Position numbers and translations under genes: made by a program. 64,000 nucleotides of DNA from Magallana gigas (Eukaryota): contig NC_088860.1 in assembly GCF_963853765.1 (NCBI RefSeq), positions 10,912,001 through 10,976,000 on the forward strand, read 5' to 3'. Below are positions 36,017 through 48,560 of this stretch, piece by piece. A model generated the notes under the pieces. The model searched no databases. It was not told where the DNA came from and worked only from the letters and a program-made list of their open reading frames with translations. How positions within the stretch are numbered: position 1 is the stretch's first letter; each line of letters opens with the position of its first letter.

Positions 36017-39000
36017 TCAGCCATTAATTAATTCCACATAATTAGCGGGAAACATTCCGTGATTTCCATCTGGTCCCATCCCTGTCCACCATCCCTCGTC
36101 GATTTGCTCAATGTTTGTAATGATTTGATCCGGATCAAAGGAAATTTCTGATTCATCAGCTGTAAAAACGAAATTGAAGAAATCTTTATCCTAATTTATC
36201 CAGTAAAAATTGTACAGTCACCTATATCTTACATGTAATTTAAATCGATACATGTATTCAACAAATAAATACTCTCAAGTAGGTTTATAATTAAAAAAAA
36301 CATTATTGAATAATTTATAATAGATATAAATATAAAATGAAAATCAAGTAATATGTGTAGGTACATGTATCTTTAAAAACATGTCCAACATATAGCTTTC
36401 TTTATTAATAATAAGTTACTTTTATTCAGTCAATACAACTGAGCAAGGTTGTCGTTGGAATAGCACATATTGAATTATAATACTGACAAATATTCCCACC
36501 TTAAAGCAATTTTTTCACACACTTATAGGTCAGTACAAGATAAACTACTAGCATCAGTTGACAATTGCAATACTACATATACTGTGGTTTCATTAATTTT
36601 CGTGGGTATCAATTTTCTTGGATTTTCTGAAAACCACAGTTTCAAGGACACGTAATTTCGTGGCCAATGATCCTATCAATACAAAGTGTTAGTTGAAATT
36701 GAACTTCAATGAACATTTAATTTCGTGGATCAACTTAACAACGAAATCCACGAAAATTGGTATTGAGCGAATATTGATGAAACCACAGTAGCTTGATAAT
36801 CGTAACCCCATACTTACAAGCTTGATAATCGTAGACGGCTCTGGCACACAGTCCGTGCTCAGGGAGGATTCCGTAGCCACTCAAGTCCTGGGTCTGTTGC
36901 TGGTCGTACTCTTCGTGGCCGTTCTGCATCTCCTGGGTGTGCTGTTCCTCCTCTGGGGGGTGATGGGACTGGACTGCCGGGATATATGTTTCAGCGTTAT
37001 CATCTAACACAACAGAAATACATCATTTATTAATCATTCATTAATTACGTGAAAACATCAAGGCTTAATAAACTTTATGGTGTGTCAACTGACACAAAAA
37101 ATACATGTGAAGAATTCAACCTTTAAACTGCATCTGATACAAAAGAATTTGATTCTTTTAAAATAACAGTCAAACCTGGTGTTGTAGATACTCGGGTACA
37201 ACAATGTGTAAAAAGTTAAATCTTATGAAAAATGTAAATTTGTCATAGTCGCGATACCATTCAATCTATGCTCTCAGTGATTGGTACATTTATTAAACAC
37301 TGCATTGAGTCTTTACCATTTCTGTAGATATTTTATCCTTTTTAGTAGAAAATGAATGTACAATGACATAAATGATCAAATAATAGTTAAAAGCATTTTT
37401 TTTTATAAGTCTTGGAGTAAGAATTACAATACATGTTTTAGTAGATACACATGCACAATCATGGCAGAAAAAGTGAGCAAGCTCACATATCCCACACTCC
37501 CTCATTACTTGGAAACACTTCTCATATTGAATGGCATGGTACACATTAAAAACAAATAATAATTTGATAAAGAGCATAACTCGCAAAACATCATGATCGC
37601 AGATAAAAAAAATCCTGCAAATATGCACAGTAACAAGCCAGAATTTCCAGAAAAATGATAGAATTCCTTTTTTCTCGTATTATACACCTCGATCTATAAC
37701 CATTGTGTCCTATATACCTACAAAGTTTACACAAAATCCTTGCAGTGGTTAAAGAGAAGCTGTGCTACAAACTGTTCAATACTATATATTCAATAAAGGA
37801 CCAAAGTTTTAAGTCCTAAAGGGCTAAAATTCCTGGAAGAGTTCAGGAATTGGAATTTCCTGATCATATTCACATCTATACATTGTGTCTTAAATACCAA
37901 CAAAATTCCTTGCAATAGTTGAAGAGGAGTTGCACTTACGAAAAAAAAAGGACTGATGGACTGACTGACCAACTGACAGACTCACTGATAGACAGGTCAA
38001 AATCATATACATCTCAACTTTGTTGCTCGGGGTGTAATAATACATATTTATTACATGCAAATCAACCTACATGCATATCAATTGTAATCGTCAAGGCAAG
38101 AGTTAAAAAGAGAATGTACATGTACTAGTCATTTGAGCAGAAGAAAGTACTTAAAGGACTATGTGCGGTATGGTCAAATATCTGCCCCCGATTTCAACCA
38201 ATTTTTAAATAGTATCGTATAAAAATAAAATCTTCACAAATCATTGTATAGAGGATGCCTATAACTTTGATATTGATTTTAGTCATCATTGCTCATTCGC
38301 TTTATATATATAACGTCACCTAAATGACCTAATTCCCGCAAATTTGCAAACAAATAAAAATATTCTCATTTTTGCACAATATTTTGCATTCGGAAGTATA
38401 GAGCGCAGCTCTGCTCAAGTGCGATTTTAACGTATGTTTTTCTTCAGAGTGTTATACACGTTATACTAAAAAATGGTACTTGAGCAAGCCTGCGCTCGAT
38501 GTTTCCCAGTCGAAAAACCATCGGAAAACACCCATATTTTGCTACAAAACACCAATTTATCAAAATAATGCAATCTTCATGACGTCATTCCTACATTATG
38601 ACGTCACTGTGGTGATAACCTTTTACACCTTTACTTCCGATATGATTTTAACTATCTCTCACTTTAATTTTAAAGCTCTTTCTAAAACTTTGATTTTGGG
38701 GGCAAAAAATGCATAAAACCGCACATAGTCCTTTATATTTTCTTTATATTCTGCAGAATTCAGACAATACATGTAGTTAAAAATGTAAATCCATCTTTAA
38801 TAAATAAAAGAATTGTACGAACAGTCTGCATGCAATTTTAAACATCAGATATTGTCTTAATGTGGATGTACAGTATGTAACTTACAATTTGCATAGGTTT
38901 CTAACAGAAAAATTAATTATACATACATTAAATTAAACCTTAATTCAAATACTTTTATTTAAACAAGAATGACCAATGAATACAAGATAATTTAATGAAA

Positions 39001-42000
39001 GTTTAGGCTAAATGATTGCCATTTAGGTGCCAGTAGTTTAAACTTGGACAGTCCAGTAATGTACAAAACTCCCATAATTCAGTTCAATGAATCCCTAAAA
39101 ATATCTAATAAAAACTTCCCAGAGTCTAATTGCTTGTAATTGGATAATGTTATTGCACTGTAAATTAAATGTAATAATTTGTATTCTGATTTATTACATA
39201 AGGGCAATAATGGCTTCAAGTTTTATTATAATCACCAGCATCTATGAACTGCATTCAAACTTAATTATCTCGAACTAAATGGGACTGTTTAAAAACTTTG
39301 AGATATCTGATTCGAGATATTTAGGGTAAAGTGCTTAAAAAACATGAGGTGGTTACGACTTACAAATCACTTCGACCTATATCCATTGTATTCGAGATAT
39401 CATTGTATAAGATACTGAAGTTCAATTGTACATACATTCTTAAGGTTCACAGGCCCTCAATTAAATATAAAATATGAAGTAAAGAAAACATGTTTAGCTT
39501 AGGAAAATTAACACTTTGGAAACAGTTTTTGATCACATGACCTTTGAACAACATTTTACTTTTGTGAACATAAAGATGATGAACTTGAATAAGAATACAA
39601 AAATCAAGTAAATTTTACCTTCTCCCCATTCTTCATCATTGTTATTCTCTTCGTCTGAATCCTGGCGAGGGGGAAGTCCCTCAGATAACAGATTCCTGGC
39701 CCGTGGAAGTTGAGGTTCTGGTTCACTGGGCGGAACCCTAGGCAACTGTCGAGGAGGGGAAGGCTCTCTAGGGGGAGGGGATGGTTCTCTAGGGGGTGGA
39801 GATGGTTCCCTAGGGGGAGGGGATGGCTCTCTCCGTGGAGGGGAAGGTGGTCTTGGAGGGGTTGAGAAGACTGGTCCCGAGGGCTCCGGCTCTGCAAAAC
39901 TGCGTTCTGGTTTGGGTGGATTTCCGCGGGGGATTTGGATTGGTTCCTTTCTCTCTACTGGCTCCTCCTGTTGTTGCTGATTAAGGAAGCCATGCTGGAT
40001 TTTTCTGTACAATTTAATATAACAATTTCTGATTTATTTTGATTTAGTAGATAAACAAAATATAATGTCTCGCAAAACAATTATTTCTGACAGTAAAATG
40101 CCTTTCAGTTAGAAAGAGAGATTATTTTTGCTTTAAATACAAGTATTCTGCTACTTATCACATTTTGCCTTACTTAGGGGGAGGAGGAGCTCTAGACACC
40201 GGTTGATCATCAGCCTCCGATTCTCGTCTCTTGAACAGAGCCCTGGCATTGGCTGTAGAACTGCTGGCCAGACGGACAGCTTCCTGTCAAAACATAATTG
40301 GCAGATAAGAAACAACTAAGTTACGTGTACTTATGTGATAAGACTGAAGCTGTTGTTGTTTCATAAACAGTAAACACTTGATGGATCTTCCTTTTAATAG
40401 CTAATGATTAAAATATGAAAATATTATCTACACTCTGAATCAAATCTACACTCTGAATCAGTGAGTTGTGATGCAACCTTCTGAGGGGTGACCCTTTGAG
40501 AGCATGGTGACTTTTGAGGTGTGACCCTTTGAGGTGTGACCTTACCGCTGCTCTCTCCTTCCTGATCGCTTCACTGCGGCGACCTCTTTCTTCCTCCTCC
40601 TTAAACGCCTCCTGTTGTTCTTGTTCCTGCAGAAACAGGGGATAATATATAATTTTAGATTTATGATTTCAATTCTTTCTACATGGAAAAATCCTTACAA
40701 TTAAACGCTACATTACAACAGTTTTACACAATAGTTATTAATATTGTCTTCAGATTCTGATTTTTTGTAAATTGAAATTCTGGTAAAATTTCTCAAAATC
40801 TAATATTTTGTGATTTCCTTTTATGATTTTCATGCTATGCTTATGTTTCATATGTACTTGAAGAAAAACTTTTTTTATTTAAAATTATACTTAAATGTTT
40901 CCTGTGCATTTAACAATTGCTGCAATTTGGCCTTTATACAGTGTATATGTACATACAAAGACATTGTGTTGATGGCAAAATAATTGTTGTTTTCAATACT
41001 GGTAAGAAAGATTTGTAGTCATAGATTTCATCTGGGTGCAATAGATAAATACATGGACAAGTTGTAATATGTCATAGTCCAGTGGATGGTCCAGGAAAGT
41101 AAACAATTACAGGGGACAATAGTGCAATATGTAGATACATGTATAGCATTATTGTTGCTTCGACATCATTTCTTTGGCAGACATTTCTCTGTCATGTCGT
41201 GCTTGATGCTACTGAACACCATTTCATCTTGAGTACAGGTTGCTCTTTTAAAAACTCATGCATTCTTATTTCCCAGTGCCACAGAATCTCTTTTAATTCA
41301 CATGCATATTGTCATTCATAGCATATAGCTTTAAATTTCATACCGGTACATGTATTTTTTGCAAAATTTTGAAACATTATGATGATTACATATATTAAAT
41401 TATAATGAAAAAGTGCTTTTGACTTTCAATGATCAATAATGCTGTTAAGAAGAACTTGAAGGATTATTATAATAAAGGATAGAAAGAGCTGGTGGATTAA
41501 ACATATTTCAAATCAATCATAGATTTCTCCTTTCATAATTTTTTTTTTACCTGCAACTGAAATTTGAATTACATAATGTACTTCAGCAATAAAACAATGC
41601 ATTTCATTTCCCTTACTCTAAAAATATAAAATATTTACCCCCCTCCCCCCCCCCAAAAAAAAATTGTTAATTCATGGCTGCAGATTACAAGCATCCATTA
41701 TCTTTGATCATGCAGTCTGTGTAGGATGCAGTAGAGCATGGATGTGACAGATGTGTAAAATAGAGAAACATAAAACTTGGCATGGGTACTTACACTGCTT
41801 TCTTCATTCTATTACAGTATAAATTTCATTCTTATAAATAAATGAATGAAAAAAATCTTCTATAAATATCACTGATTCAGCTACAACTTTTTATGCAATT
41901 AATATTTTTTCTAACATACATGTACAAGTGCTGTTATCTAAAATCACCTTATTTTTTCAAATTAATGGCTAAGCATATTGTAACTGAATGAAAATCTTGA

Positions 42001-45000
42001 GGTTCAATTGATAGCAAAAAGTTTAAACACATAGTTTCTATAAATAATGATTTTTTAGATCAAAACAAAGGCTACTAAAAAAAGATCAAAATGAAATAAA
42101 ATTGTAGACAAATAGATTAATTCCACTCCCAACAGAGATAAGACTGAATTCACAGCACACATATTACTTACAACATCAAGGAATATGCAGATTAATGAAA
42201 GATAACTCCAGACTATGAATAAACGCCTACCCATCTTTTCTTCTGTTCTTCTCTTTCTATTTCACTCGCTCTCCTCTCTCGGACTTTCTGTTCTCGAGCT
42301 GCTTTCAACTTTTCATTCATAAATTTTTCTCTCTCCTGAGCTTCTTTAGTCTGTAATATTAATTTTTCATTAGTAAGTGCCTCTATTCATACTTGTATAT
42401 TATATTATGAAATGTGTACAATTATAGTCAGTACAGAAATGTGGTCGTCTGAAACATCAATATAACATTTTTCAATAGAAGGTATATGTATTTCAATTTT
42501 ATAACAGATTTTATTTTCCTGTATCTATCATGTAAAATGGTTTGAATTTCAGTACTTAAACTAATTACAGAATAAAAGGTAATACATGTATAAATACATG
42601 CAGTTCTAGCTCTAAAGTACAAGTAAATGCATGTGTATATATACAAGGTATATCAAGCATCATTCAAGAAGCAAATATGAAGTTGATGGAATATTCCTAT
42701 GGTGCATGCTTTTTGTGTATAAATCACTTTGGACCATTTTGAATGCAAAAATGAAGGAAAGAGATGGGATGGTTTTTGAAGGGTATCAAAAGGTCTTGGT
42801 AGATACAAACTGGGTGGAAGTTGTTACTTAAATCAAATGTTTAATTGGAAACCTGAGATGGTTAAAAACAAGACATTTTTCAAATGGTCACAAGATGTGT
42901 ATTCTTCGATCATTTCAATAGATAATCCATACCACCAGCATCTGTGTTGTGTCATGCAAGTCTTAGAATGGACCTAAAAATTAGTACACATGTACTGAAT
43001 GAGCTTTAAACATGAAACAAGGAGAGAAAGTGATGCTGAAAGTGAACATAAAAAAAAATGTACTTCAAATCCTTGGAACTGGGTTAAGAAACATAATATA
43101 AAGAATTTGGTTCATGTCAAGCCACACTGCAAGAATGCCATGTTATATTTCATTCCATGGATAACATTCCTGTGATTTCACTGGATATATTCTATTAATG
43201 CAAACATATGAATAGCTATATGAATATTTTTAGTATTCAACAATAGAAGCATCTGCATACTATATGAAAATAACACACAGAGTAAAATAATCAACTGAAT
43301 GTAAATTGGAATTAGTATGAAAAATGCTTATTCTAATGTGCTACAATGTTAAAAGAAAAACTGTCCGATTTAACATCTACACGTAGAAAGTGGTACAAAG
43401 TTATATAGTTATTATCAAGTTCTTTTGTGTTCTCTTGAATATTGAAAAAAAAAAAAAATTCATATGTAACATGCTAATAATATGAAAGCATACATCCAAA
43501 TATCAATCTGTGCCAAATAAATTTACAATAACATCTTGTCTACAGATTGGTGTATCCTTAAAGATTTTAAATAATTATGTTTTTTTCCAAAATGTTTTCC
43601 AAGTACAATCTTTAAATCTATAAAGATACACATCACACAACACTCTAACTACAAGTACACCACATCACCCCGATACACAAACATGCTGTTGCTATGGATA
43701 CCTCTCGTTCCCGCCTCTCTCTGTCCAGTTCCTGTTGTTCTTTCATTCGCCTCTGTCTTTCTTCCTCAATTCGCCTTTGTTCCTCTTTCTAGTAATGCAG
43801 GCAATAATCACATGCAAAGCACTTTAGTTTCAATGCATTTCTAATTAAACTTCCTTATTGCTATCTAATTTGTTAATAGTTTTAATATCTATCAACAGAT
43901 ATATTATTGACAAACAGAAAAACCATCCAGCAATAGGAATGACTCTCTAAATACTGATTCCCTTTCATGTTCACAAAACCAGAACCTGAAATGTTTACAT
44001 AATGGTTTTATTAGAAAACTCTAACCAAATGAATGTTTATTTTCAAGGTGTTTAGTAGTCAGCTTATTATCAAACCTTCGCATGGTTTCTAGCTATTTAA
44101 TAAAGCATGGTCTAAAAAGGTCATAGAAAACTGATGAGTTGAACAATAGATAGATAAATTGGCAGATTGTATCATGGTTAACAATACGACTCCATGGAAC
44201 TGCCAACAGGAAGCATTTGCTATTCACATATCCCTACAACTGGACAGTAAGAATCATTGAATGCTACCTCAGTTTGGGCCCAGAATTTGTCTCGCTCTCT
44301 ATTGTTGATGTCCTTGGCTGCAATTGTTCTCTGATAAACCGAGCCCTAAAACAAAATGGCATGATGATCCTGTATAACAACTTAAATACATAACACATGT
44401 ATCATAAACAAAACCCCATTAAATATGTTATGATCCTGAATATCAATTCAAATCCTTAACATAAACGGAATCTATAACAAATGTTATAATCTTGTACATC
44501 AATTCTAATGTATCACACATATCATGGACACATTGTCTTAAACTGAGACAGCATTTATCAACCTTATCTTGGTACTCAAACTACTATAAAAACACTTTAA
44601 AACTGTTCTTAAAAAGTAAGGATCATTTCTGGAGGTAAACTCATTTTATATTTGGAGAGGTTTAGAAACAATGAACAAGGAAAAATAAGGTATGGCCAGT
44701 TTGTAGGCTTGCAAGGAACTATAATTGTGTAAACATAGTACTTGGGACATTTGGGACAAGATATGCAGTGTTTAAGGAAATCAGTGAATTTACCACAGGC
44801 CCAGGTGAATCCTCCTTTTTGGCATTCTTTGTTGGTTTGGGGGGTGGAGCTTTGGGTTTCTCCTGGTGTATGCTGTAGTTTGCCCCTGAAGCTTTTGCCA
44901 CTTTCTGTGCGATGTCATCAGGGTCTACATCATCCTCTGTGCGAGCATTTACCGTCACATGCACACCCTAAAAGTCAAGTAAATATTGCGTAAAACACAT

Positions 45001-46465
45001 ACTGTACATTCTATATTTTATGCAAGTGCTTAATTTCGCGATTCAATCGTTTTCCATCAAATCGCGAGAACATAAAATCGCAAATGCAGATTTTTTTTAA
45101 TCATAGTTTCATGTACCGGTAGTTTACATATGTCCGAAAAATAAAAGCAAGATTTTAAAATTCTTGAATGTGCCTCTCGTGATTTTACGCGGATATTAAT
45201 TCCTCACGTTTAATTAGGAATCTACCGTAATGTTCTGTTCATAGTTGGAAAGATGCAAAAAGAGCACAATAATTTAGTTGGTAAGAAAATGACAAATAGA
45301 AACACTTACTCTCACAAATGCAGCCACATCACGGAGATGACTTGTACATTTAAACTTCATGGATTCTGGGGCCGCCTCTCCTTGCTATATAATGCAAAAA
45401 AAAAAATCAAAATCTGCTTCTAAAATGTTACTCATGCAAACTAATAAAAAGAGAGATATTCTGATGATGAACTTATATGCAGTTTCTTATATCCATTTAC
45501 TATCTTACGTTTATGTTAATGCAATTAATGTTTGGTTAAACAAATACTCAAACAATAATAGAGAGTAAATCTCAGTACAGATAAATGATCAACATTGAGC
45601 TGCCAGGGTTAGTTGCCTTCTTACCCAATTTATCAGCACATATTTTGGAAGATTAGTGTTGGAGTCCAGTACTCGGCAGTATGCATATTGAATCTTGGAA
45701 CTGTTCAGGTCCTCTGCCATCTCCTCAATTCCACCCTCTGTAACACAATACATGTAATGATTCAATCTTAACATGTATCAAACAAAATAATAAAACTAGC
45801 TAGACTTGTATATCAATTTTTGACTTTGCTTTCTCCATTTCATGATCGAATAATAAATCATGAACATGAATATTTTACTTTTTTGAAATGACTTATACTC
45901 ATATCAAAAAGGAATATTTGTTTTACTTGAAACAAATTGCATAAAAATTTCTTTAGAGAAAACACCAAAATTACCATGGAAGTCACTCAAATTCAATAGA
46001 CTTTAAGTAGAATTTAACCACAAGAATATATGTATAATATAACTATAAACTGTAAAAGTGGTTATTTATGCTGGTGGTTAAGCACATGTTTTCTGTAGTC
46101 AAACAATACATGTTGATGTTAAATGCGCTGATGCATGATTTACCACTCTAAAGTTTTCGTTATTTTTACCATATCCGCGAGGATATGTTAATGTGGTTTT
46201 TAAGCTTACTACATTAACTAGTGTAAATTTCCCCCATGTGTAAATACTAAATAACCACTTTTAAGGTACATGAAAATCCTTTTGATATGAAAGAAAAATG
46301 TTTACCACCACTTCCAACCAGCTTAAGAACTGGAGTCTGACCTTCATATCCCATGACCATCCTAAAAAAGAAGACATTACAGAATTAATCACCTAGCATC
46401 TCAAGTTTAATGTTGAACTATGCATTCCTGTATCAAGAGACTTTCAAAATCAAATCAGAGCTTAG

Positions 46466-46534
<69 letters not shown>

Positions 46535-47096
46535 GAAAAAGATAAAAGGGGGAAAACTCATGCAACTGCAAAATCAAATAAAGTTTAAAAAAAAAAGAGA
46601 AGTCTTAAAAAGAATATTGACATGATTTCAATGCTAACGTGTTAGCATCTTGATTACATATAGTATTCAAAAATTAGTAAATGACAATTTCATTTCCTTC
46701 CTCTTTATTTGAAGAGAAACATAATTCCACCCCCCCCCCCCTTTAACATTTCCAGCTTGAAACAAAAAAAAATGAAATCGTGTTAAGCATACTAAAACAT
46801 TATTTATGCCATTTGAGTGATAGCTAGATGACTTTGAAATTAAACTTCATTATTCCGCTGTGATTTGAGCTTTGGACACACCTGACAGTCAGTGTCAACA
46901 AATCAAACAAAAGCGGAAGCTTGGTCAAAGTATGACTAATGGCTTATTCAAACATATATTCACTTTTTCCAACATGCTAGTTATTTTTGCAATGAACAGT
47001 TAAAATAAATTACCAATCCGTTGATGAATTATCGTCCACAACATCGTTGTATGCCTTTAAAAGGGCGTCTTTATTCTTTCGGATATCTATCGCCAT
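36017..47096 (-). CDS. DBNL: Drebrin-like protein (Abp1/HIP-55): ADF-H, charged coiled region, Pro-rich region, C-terminal SH3; 563 aa, 13 exons
   Basis: complement join(47096-47014,46361-46306,45737-45625,45384-45310,44967-44794,44345-44268,43788-43702,42350-42231,40626-40546,40283-40174,40004-39619,37003-36818,36159-36017) = 1692 nt, all introns GT-AG and phase-consistent. Motifs: [59 protein letters not shown], and the SH3 [30 protein letters not shown]. Confidence 0.95.
36582..36788. mobile_element. MITE with TA target duplication, in the last DBNL intron
   Basis: TA|CTGTGGTTTCATTAAT ... ATTGATGAAACCACAG|TA. Confidence 0.8.
37632..38040 (-). mobile_element. Reverse-oriented Helentron-like remnant
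   Basis: On the minus strand it begins TTATTACACCCCGAGCAACAAAGTTG followed by a (GTCA/GTCC)n microsatellite (37951-37995), the same layout as the other copies. The 3' end is uncertain. Confidence 0.4.
38155..38732. mobile_element. Non-autonomous DNA transposon, Kolobok-like (TTAA target, RR..YY termini)
   Basis: TTAA|AGGACTATGTGCGGT ... ACCGCACATAGTCCT|TTAT: a perfect 15-bp TIR with a TTAA/TTAT target. The superfamily assignment is inferred from the termini only. Confidence 0.65.
45002..45227. mobile_element. MITE with TA target duplication, in DBNL intron 4
   Basis: TA|CTGTACATTC ... GAATCTACCG|TA with imperfect TIRs and a CpG-rich interior. A second copy lies at ~31045-31272. Confidence 0.6.
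46469..46532. repeat. (TC)32 microsatellite in DBNL intron 1
   Basis: Uninterrupted 64-nt TC run. Confidence 0.97.
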
Positions 47097-47246
47097 CCTC
47101 CTTTTTCCGCATGTGCTTGAGAACTACGTCACTGTTTTCTGTGCACATGATCACATGACTCATTTTGTTTACGACGGAAGGAAGTTGTCCAGAACGTCAA
47201 CAAAGAACTTCCAAGAAGCAGACATTCTTCAAAAATTATCTGACAG
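47097..47246. promoter_or_regulatory. Putative bidirectional promoter of DBNL (-) and RhoBTB (+), including a probable non-coding first exon of RhoBTB
   Basis: The DBNL ATG is at 47096 and a plus-strand donor CAG|GTACTG is at 47246/47247. Between them lie E-boxes CACATG (47144) and TCACATGA (47151), a CRE half-site TACGTCA (47125) and an ETS-like CGGAAG (47175). The link to RhoBTB is inferred from orientation. Confidence 0.5.
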
Positions 47247-48415
47247 GTACTGATTTTGTTTTAGTTTTGATTGATATTTTCATAATATTTCATTTTATTA
47301 TTGTTTTCTGTATTTGATCTTTTCTTTAGAAATGAATACATGGAATGACATCATTTTGCGACACAGTTTTCAATCAAAAAAAAAAATCATGTCATGTCAG
47401 CCAGTAATGTGCCCGCAAGCGCGCGTAAATATTATGTACTCATGCCTGTCATTCGTCAGAAACTAAGCGAGCTAAATGTTGCGAAGATTCTGTTTGAATG
47501 GCATATTTGAAATACTTATATTAACAAAGCCTTCGGCGATTTTGTCAGTATAATTTTCTTTTTTCTTTTATGAGTCCCACTTGGTTTTCTGTTGCAGCTG
47601 TCGTGAAATTTATTCAGCATCAACCAATTAACAATACTTTTGCCGTAATTTTATTACTAGTTAAATGACATTCACTGTATTTCATATTTCACATGGCTTG
47701 ACTTGTGATTATTATTCAATTTCAATTACAAAATGATTCCTCTAACAGTTATGCAATAAAAAAGAAAATGTCCTCAGAAATTGATATTGTGAAGTTCTCT
47801 ATTAAATGTATATTAGAATGTAGGAATAATGATGAGCTTATATACTTCATACAATTTTTATTCTGAGAGTTTGCAAAATTACTTTACTTAAGCTTAATGT
47901 GTTTTTAATTTGAGATTTATTAATTACATGTACGTACATGATACCATGTTTGTTTTTTTCAATGATCTTTTTACTCTTTGTACAAATGTTAGAGAACCTG
48001 AGGTAGATTATGTAAAAAGAAAATCAAATGTTTAAAAAACACACTTAAGTGTACATATTTAATAAGATAATATTCCCTCCCCCATCTAAATATCAGCTAT
48101 ATATAACTTGTTTTTACTTGTAAAAACAGGTAAGTTTTGGAGATGGAAAGAGTGAATGAATAACCCCACCATGTCATAGAAAGATTGAATAGGGCTTGTT
48201 GTCATAATGGTTAACAGCACTGAGCAGGTAGTTGTCCTAAGCATGAGAGCCCTATGGTTATTTAAACATGCTTCACAAAACAATGAAGTAATGCTGTGTA
48301 ATGGGCTGATATGAAGTGAATACATCAATGTCCTTTAAAAGTCAGTTGGTAATTCCTTATTAAGGTCCTCACTTAAAATGGGCCATCAGTTTTAATTTTG
48401 GGTACTCACCCAGGG

Positions 48416-48560
48416 NNNNNNNNNNNNNNNNNNNNNNNNNNNNNNNNNNNNNNNNNNNNNNNNNNNNNNNNNNNNNNNNNNNNNNNNNNNNNNNNNNNNN
48501 NNNNNNNNNNNNNNNNNNNNNNNNNNNNNNNNNNNNNNNNNNNNNNNNNNNNNNNNNNNN
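48416..48560. other. Assembly gap (145 N)
   Basis: Run of N characters. Confidence 1.

Noticed and set aside
39250-39430. Possible decayed MITE (TTATCTCGAACT ... TTCGAGATA)
   Set aside because: The termini and TSD are too degenerate to delimit.
41139-41321. Candidate extra DBNL exon or small ORF in intron 8
   Set aside because: The flanking exons join in phase without it, and I found no convincing donor/acceptor pair.
46410-46625. ORF with an (LS)n repeat
   Set aside because: An artefact of translating the (TC)32 microsatellite.
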